20,000 bases of DNA from an uncultured virus (IMG/VR IMGVR_UViG_3300037488_003116) (Duplodnaviria; Heunggongvirae; Uroviricota; Caudoviricetes). The stretch is from IMG/VR virus record IMGVR_UViG_3300037488_003116; one strand, written 5' to 3'. The notes beneath the pieces were generated by a model. That model was not told where the DNA came from and ran no database searches. It worked only from the letters and a program-made list of their open reading frames with translations. Positions 16,926-20,000 of this stretch are shown piece after piece; the stretch's first letter is position 1; each line of letters begins with the position of its first letter. The position numbers were made by a program, and so were the translations under genes.

Positions 16926-16933
16926 AATGGTAA

Positions 16934-17341
16934 CTATTGCATGCGGTCTAGCATCTTGGCGTATGCCGTCACCGTCCTATCATATTTTTTTGCCTCATAC
17001 GTGTATGCGTAATTGGCTGGGTCACTCTTGGCCAAGTATTCATACAGAGTACATTTTGCCTGGGCCAATTCCTTAATCGCCCGATAATACGTGGCCTTAT
17101 TAAGGGGTTCGAGTTGCCCCCGAAGCTTTTCACACCGAGCCCGGGCCTGGATCACATGACCCTTAAGGATAAATAAGGAGTCTGTCTTCTCAAGCTCCGC
17201 CGATATTGAATCGGTCAGAGCAATGGTTTGTATGACCCCGCCGACATCGACCTGAGTCAGAGCTGGGACCTGGGCATGGGACACGACTGAAAACAGGACG
17301 GCCATCAGAAACAGAGCTATAATCACTGAGAAATTTCGCAT
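16934..17341 (-). CDS. Secreted protein with Sec signal peptide (135 aa)
   Basis: AGGAG SD before ATG 17341; MRNFSVIIALFLMAVLFSVVSHA-QV signal peptide. Confidence 0.8.
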   Translation of the reverse strand: MRNFSVIIALFLMAVLFSVVSHAQVPALTQVDVGGVIQTIALTDSISAELEKTDSLFILKGHVIQARARCEKLRGQLEPLNKATYYRAIKELAQAKCTLYEYLAKSDPANYAYTYEAKKYDRTVTAYAKMLDRMQ

Positions 17342-17473
17342 AGGATCGATCTCCTGAGAGGGTTGGGTGAAAGAGTTAGGGGGAAGGAAAGAGTGGTTGT
17401 TAGCGCCCTTCCCCCTGGTTTGTGTGAATTTATATCCTACTGTATTCTTTACGTCCCCAATAGGCAATGGTCT

Positions 17474-17515
17474 TCACGAGCCATCCAGGGACGGACTACT
17501 GAAGAAATGTATCAT
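17474..17515 (-). CDS. Candidate micro-ORF MIHFFSSPSLDGS
   Basis: GGAG-6 nt-ATG ... TGA. Confidence 0.35.
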   Translation of the reverse strand: MIHFFSSPSLDGS

Positions 17516-17572
17516 AAATTTCTCCGGTATGGCTATGGAAGGAACTTGAATGCGCTAGTCCCTTCCTGATGA

Positions 17573-17706
17573 GATGACTGTTTATTACCGTCATACGGAT
17601 TGTGGCAGTCATCATACCACACCTGTGTATGCCACAGGATTCGCTGGGCTATGTTCTGGATGTGGTGCCCAGCCCCACATCCAGCAGGTCCCGTATATTT
17701 ACGTCC
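17573..17706 (-). ncRNA. Predicted structured RNA element A (two tandem pseudoknots)
   Basis: Complementary pairs 17656-65/17675-84 with 17643-49/17667-73; 17601-07/17630-36 with 17573-78/17608-13. Confidence 0.55.
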
Positions 17707-17731
17707 TACGGGTTACTGACAACCTATCGGC

Positions 17732-17767
17732 TCAGTATGACGAGGACGACCTACCGGTTTTGTTCAT
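17732..17767 (-). CDS. Candidate micro-ORF MNKTGRSSSSY
   Basis: AAGGAGGT-4 nt-ATG ... TGA. Confidence 0.45.
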   Translation of the reverse strand: MNKTGRSSSSY

Positions 17768-17795
17768 GTCTAACCTCCTTCATGGGTTAGCGGGG

Positions 17796-17891
17796 TTACG
17801 ATTTGGTCGTTTTGCGCTTGGCCCGTTTCTTGGGCCGCTGACGATGTCGCAGGACACCGTCCGATGACTCGTAGTCAGAGGGGCGATGCAT
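17796..17891 (-). CDS. Basic 31-aa peptide MHRPSDYESSDGVLRHRQRPKKRAKRKTTKS
   Basis: GGAGGT SD + ATG. Confidence 0.5.
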   Translation of the reverse strand: MHRPSDYESSDGVLRHRQRPKKRAKRKTTKS

Positions 17892-18003
17892 AGGATACCT
17901 CCGGATAGTGGTTTATGGAAAAGCCAATGTAGGGTACGCTCCCTAAATCAAGGATGTCTCCTTGACTCGGCTCAGGACATTCGGGTTCAAAACAATCTGG
18001 CAT
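17875..18003 (-). CDS. Small acidic protein (42 aa)
   Basis: AAGGAG SD before ATG 18003 (MPDCFEPECPEP...). Confidence 0.5.
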   Translation of the reverse strand: MPDCFEPECPEPSQGDILDLGSVPYIGFSINHYPEVSYASPL

Positions 18004-18061
18004 CTGTTCTCCTTGGCTAAGGTTGAAGGAAAACCCACTGGCCTTATCAGTGGGCATAGAG

Positions 18062-18631
18062 TCAGGACGTAAGAGCCATGATGGCCTTATAATCCTTTTT
18101 GTCGTCGGCAGAGTCCGGCCCGTCTAGGGGCTGGAGCTCTAGGATAGAATCAAGAGGAAGGGTCATGGCCTGCCCATCCTTGAAAGTCGTCGGTTTGAAT
18201 ACCAGTGGTAGCCCACATATGGGGCATTTTTTTCCCTCGGTTCCGGTCACGTCTAAATGAAAAGGGCATGTCCATTCCCCCTCGACTGGGAGCCAACGAG
18301 ACACCTCCGCCTTACTCAAGGTTTTTGCTTCATCAAATATCCCGTCATCACCCATAGGTGCAAACGAGGATTTTCCGAAGCCGTAGCCGTGAGCTATGGC
18401 GCACAGCAGATAGAGCCGGGGTGTAGTGCCCTTCTTGGCCACTACTGATTGCGTGCTGGTGAAGGCCCACCAGGTCGGGGTGGCATCCATGACCTCTGTG
18501 GTCACGGAGTACTTGCTGGTCTTCAGGAGCATCGGCCATGGTGCTCCTTTGATCGTTTTTACGGTCTTCTCTGTCATGATCGAGAAAACCGTACCCGCTT
18601 TAAGAACGGGCACGATATGAGATACGTCCAT
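18062..18631 (-). CDS. Hypothetical protein with an internal heavy-metal-binding (HMBD-like) motif
   Basis: AAGGAG SD; WTCPFHLDVTGTEGKKCPICGLPLV resembles YTCPMHP...PGKCPxCGMxL. Confidence 0.8.
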   Translation of the reverse strand: MDVSHIVPVLKAGTVFSIMTEKTVKTIKGAPWPMLLKTSKYSVTTEVMDATPTWWAFTSTQSVVAKKGTTPRLYLLCAIAHGYGFGKSSFAPMGDDGIFDEAKTLSKAEVSRWLPVEGEWTCPFHLDVTGTEGKKCPICGLPLVFKPTTFKDGQAMTLPLDSILELQPLDGPDSADDKKDYKAIMALTS

Positions 18632-18644
18632 ATTTTCTCCTTTT

Positions 18645-18955
18645 GCCCGTACGTGGGCCTCATGGCGGGCATCGGTGGATTCTTATCCACACTACAGCCC
18701 GCGACGGTCACGAGTCAACATTGACCCGTGACTGCCCGCACCTAAGCCGGGTGCGGTTCGGCAGGGGCGGTATGTTTAAGGTCCCCCACATTGGGACCAG
18801 TCGTGCCACCCTCATCTTACCCCTGCATTGGGGTGGCTCGGACATACCTGCCGTATGTCAGGGCGAGCACCTCGGATACTCCATACGCCCGGTGCCCACG
18901 TATGGAGAATTAACGTCCCCGGAAACCCTGCTTAGGTTGTCTCGGTTGGGACATA
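18645..18955 (-). ncRNA. Predicted structured RNA element B (about 310 nt; two pseudoknots plus several hairpins)
   Basis: Almost every segment has a complement, e.g. 18879-87/18899-907 with 18865-71/18891-97, and 18805-11/18831-37 with 18761-67/18820-26. Confidence 0.6.
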
Positions 18956-19145
18956 ATTTTATACTTACATATCACGTCCTACGGTTCGGAATGACGTCAT
19001 GCCATTCTTTTTCGAAGGATCAAACCTCCTCGGTTAGGGTTTAGTCACGTCCTTGTGACTCTTATGGGGTTTCGTACCCACGTCCCGGCGACCCGTCTTA
19101 GGTTCCGGACGTCCAGTGAGTATTACCGTCCCCACTGGCGGGACC

Positions 19146-19160
19146 TCAACACAATAACAT
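19146..19160 (-). CDS. Candidate micro-ORF MLLC
   Basis: TAAGGAGG-4 nt-ATG TTA TTG TGT TGA. Confidence 0.4.
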   Translation of the reverse strand: MLLC

Positions 19161-19205
19161 CGGCCCTCCTTAAGGTTAATGGTTAGGCCCCCGACACGGG
19201 GGCGG

Positions 19206-19424
19206 TTAGTCGTCGTCGCGGGGGGACAGACTGTCCCAGCAACGATCTTCGACCGTGTCCATATCGACGTCTTTAACCTCCTGACCGTTTTCGCTGACGG
19301 TCAGAATGTTCAGTTCCCCCGGCTCGGGGGGAGAGTCGAAACCAAAGGTAAATGGTTTCGATCCAAAGTCCACACTGAACTTGACGTCTAATATTCGCTC
19401 GTCAATAACTATTTGAGTGTGCAT
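19206..19424 (-). CDS. Small acidic phage-type protein (72 aa)
   Basis: AAGGAGG SD before ATG 19424; ...DSPPEPGELNILTV... Confidence 0.8.
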   Translation of the reverse strand: MHTQIVIDERILDVKFSVDFGSKPFTFGFDSPPEPGELNILTVSENGQEVKDVDMDTVEDRCWDSLSPRDDD

Positions 19425-19435
19425 TGTCCTCCTTT

Positions 19436-19820
19436 GCCCCACGACTTGGAACGGGGGCTGTGCATTACAGGGGAGAGCTACTCCCCTGTCCTCTGCACTG
19501 ACTGATTAGCTAACCTCAGTCAGGTTTAATGGTTTATCCGTACCGGCTCATTGCAAGAGGGGCCGGTCAGACTTGCCTGTTACGTTGTTGCTGGTTAGGT
19601 AGCCTGTCGATTTTACCCCCTCGACAGACCCCCTGCGGTCAGACCGGGAGGGACGCTCCCGGAGCTAGGCACGGGCTATCCGCATAGCCCTACTTATAAC
19701 ACCCTGCACACAAGCCATTAATTATGCAGGTTTATTGTGGGGGTTTATAGACCATATGGGTTATAGTCTCCCTTGCTTTTCGGATCAAACATAATCAGGA
19801 TAAACAAGGCAACCTGATTC
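19436..19820 (-). ncRNA. Predicted structured RNA element C (hairpin-dense, about 380 nt)
   Basis: No ORF of 60 aa or more; about nine stems including ACAGGGGA/TCCCCTGT, CTGACTGA/TCAGTCAG, ACCGGC/GCCGGT, CTGTCGA/TCGACAG, CCGGGAG/CTCCCGG, GGGCTAT/ATAGCCC, AATCAGG/CCTGATT. Confidence 0.55.
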
Positions 19821-19847
19821 TGTTCGGGTCTAATTTTTTCAGGGTGA

Positions 19848-19877
19848 TTAGACCAACACCCTTGTCATTACTTTCAT
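19848..19877 (-). CDS. Candidate micro-ORF MKVMTRVLV (an in-frame ATG at 19943 would give 31 aa)
   Basis: GAGGAGGTG-tat-ATG ... TAA. Confidence 0.45.
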   Translation of the reverse strand: MKVMTRVLV

Positions 19878-19957
19878 ATACACCTCCTCTAGGTTGTTAA
19901 AGGTTAGCACCTTAACGACCCATAGGCGGTGAATGAATGACATTCAATCCTGCTTAC

Positions 19958-19989
19958 ACTATAAAGAAAAAGTAAGTGAGTAAAGTCAA
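19958..19989 (-). promoter_or_regulatory. Possible sigma70-like promoter for the leftward transcript
   Basis: TTGACT (19989-84) and TATAGT (19963-58) in AT-rich DNA, but the spacer is 20 nt. Confidence 0.3.
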
Positions 19990-20000
19990 TTGCTTTTTCT

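Noticed and set aside
14195..19045. TTAGGG telomere-like words
   Set aside because: Single dispersed copies tied to SD leaders, not tandem arrays
17400..19150. tmRNA or tRNA (pseudoknots plus short ORFs)
   Set aside because: No acceptor stem, T-arm or CCA end found; the micro-ORFs have their own SD and start codon
17574..19391. Plus-strand ORFs 17574-17867, 18643-19044 and 19179-19391
   Set aside because: Against the uniform strand bias, no convincing SD, and they overlap structured or coding minus-strand sequence
1..20000. Alternative genetic code (stop-codon recoding)
   Set aside because: Genes tile well in code 11 using TAA, TGA and TAG stops; several micro-ORFs end in TAA

Overview
Phage-like accessory DNA, most likely from a large or jumbo phage (inference: no virion or replication hallmark gene is in the window). 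Essentially all credible genes are on the minus strand. Bases 1-14100 are a tightly packed run of small, mostly hypothetical genes with GGAG Shine-Dalgarno (SD) sites and overlapping start/stop codons. Recognisable members are a DUF4262-like gene, a DUF2997 + DUF1257 pair, a radical SAM protein, a DnaJ-type zinc finger and a second, internally deleted DUF1257 paralog. Bases 14100-20000 look very different. Ordinary genes alternate with long, highly structured intergenic segments holding about six predicted pseudoknots of two recurring architectures and recurrent cgtcc...ggacgt stems. The same segments contain an array of 4-13-codon micro-ORFs, each with its own SD, most of them behind a shared AACCCTAAC-type leader. 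Two genes are each bracketed exactly by direct repeats (55 bp double-hairpin; 22 bp stop-SD-start), which suggests cassette-like gene acquisition. All family assignments are from motif recognition by eye, not database searches.
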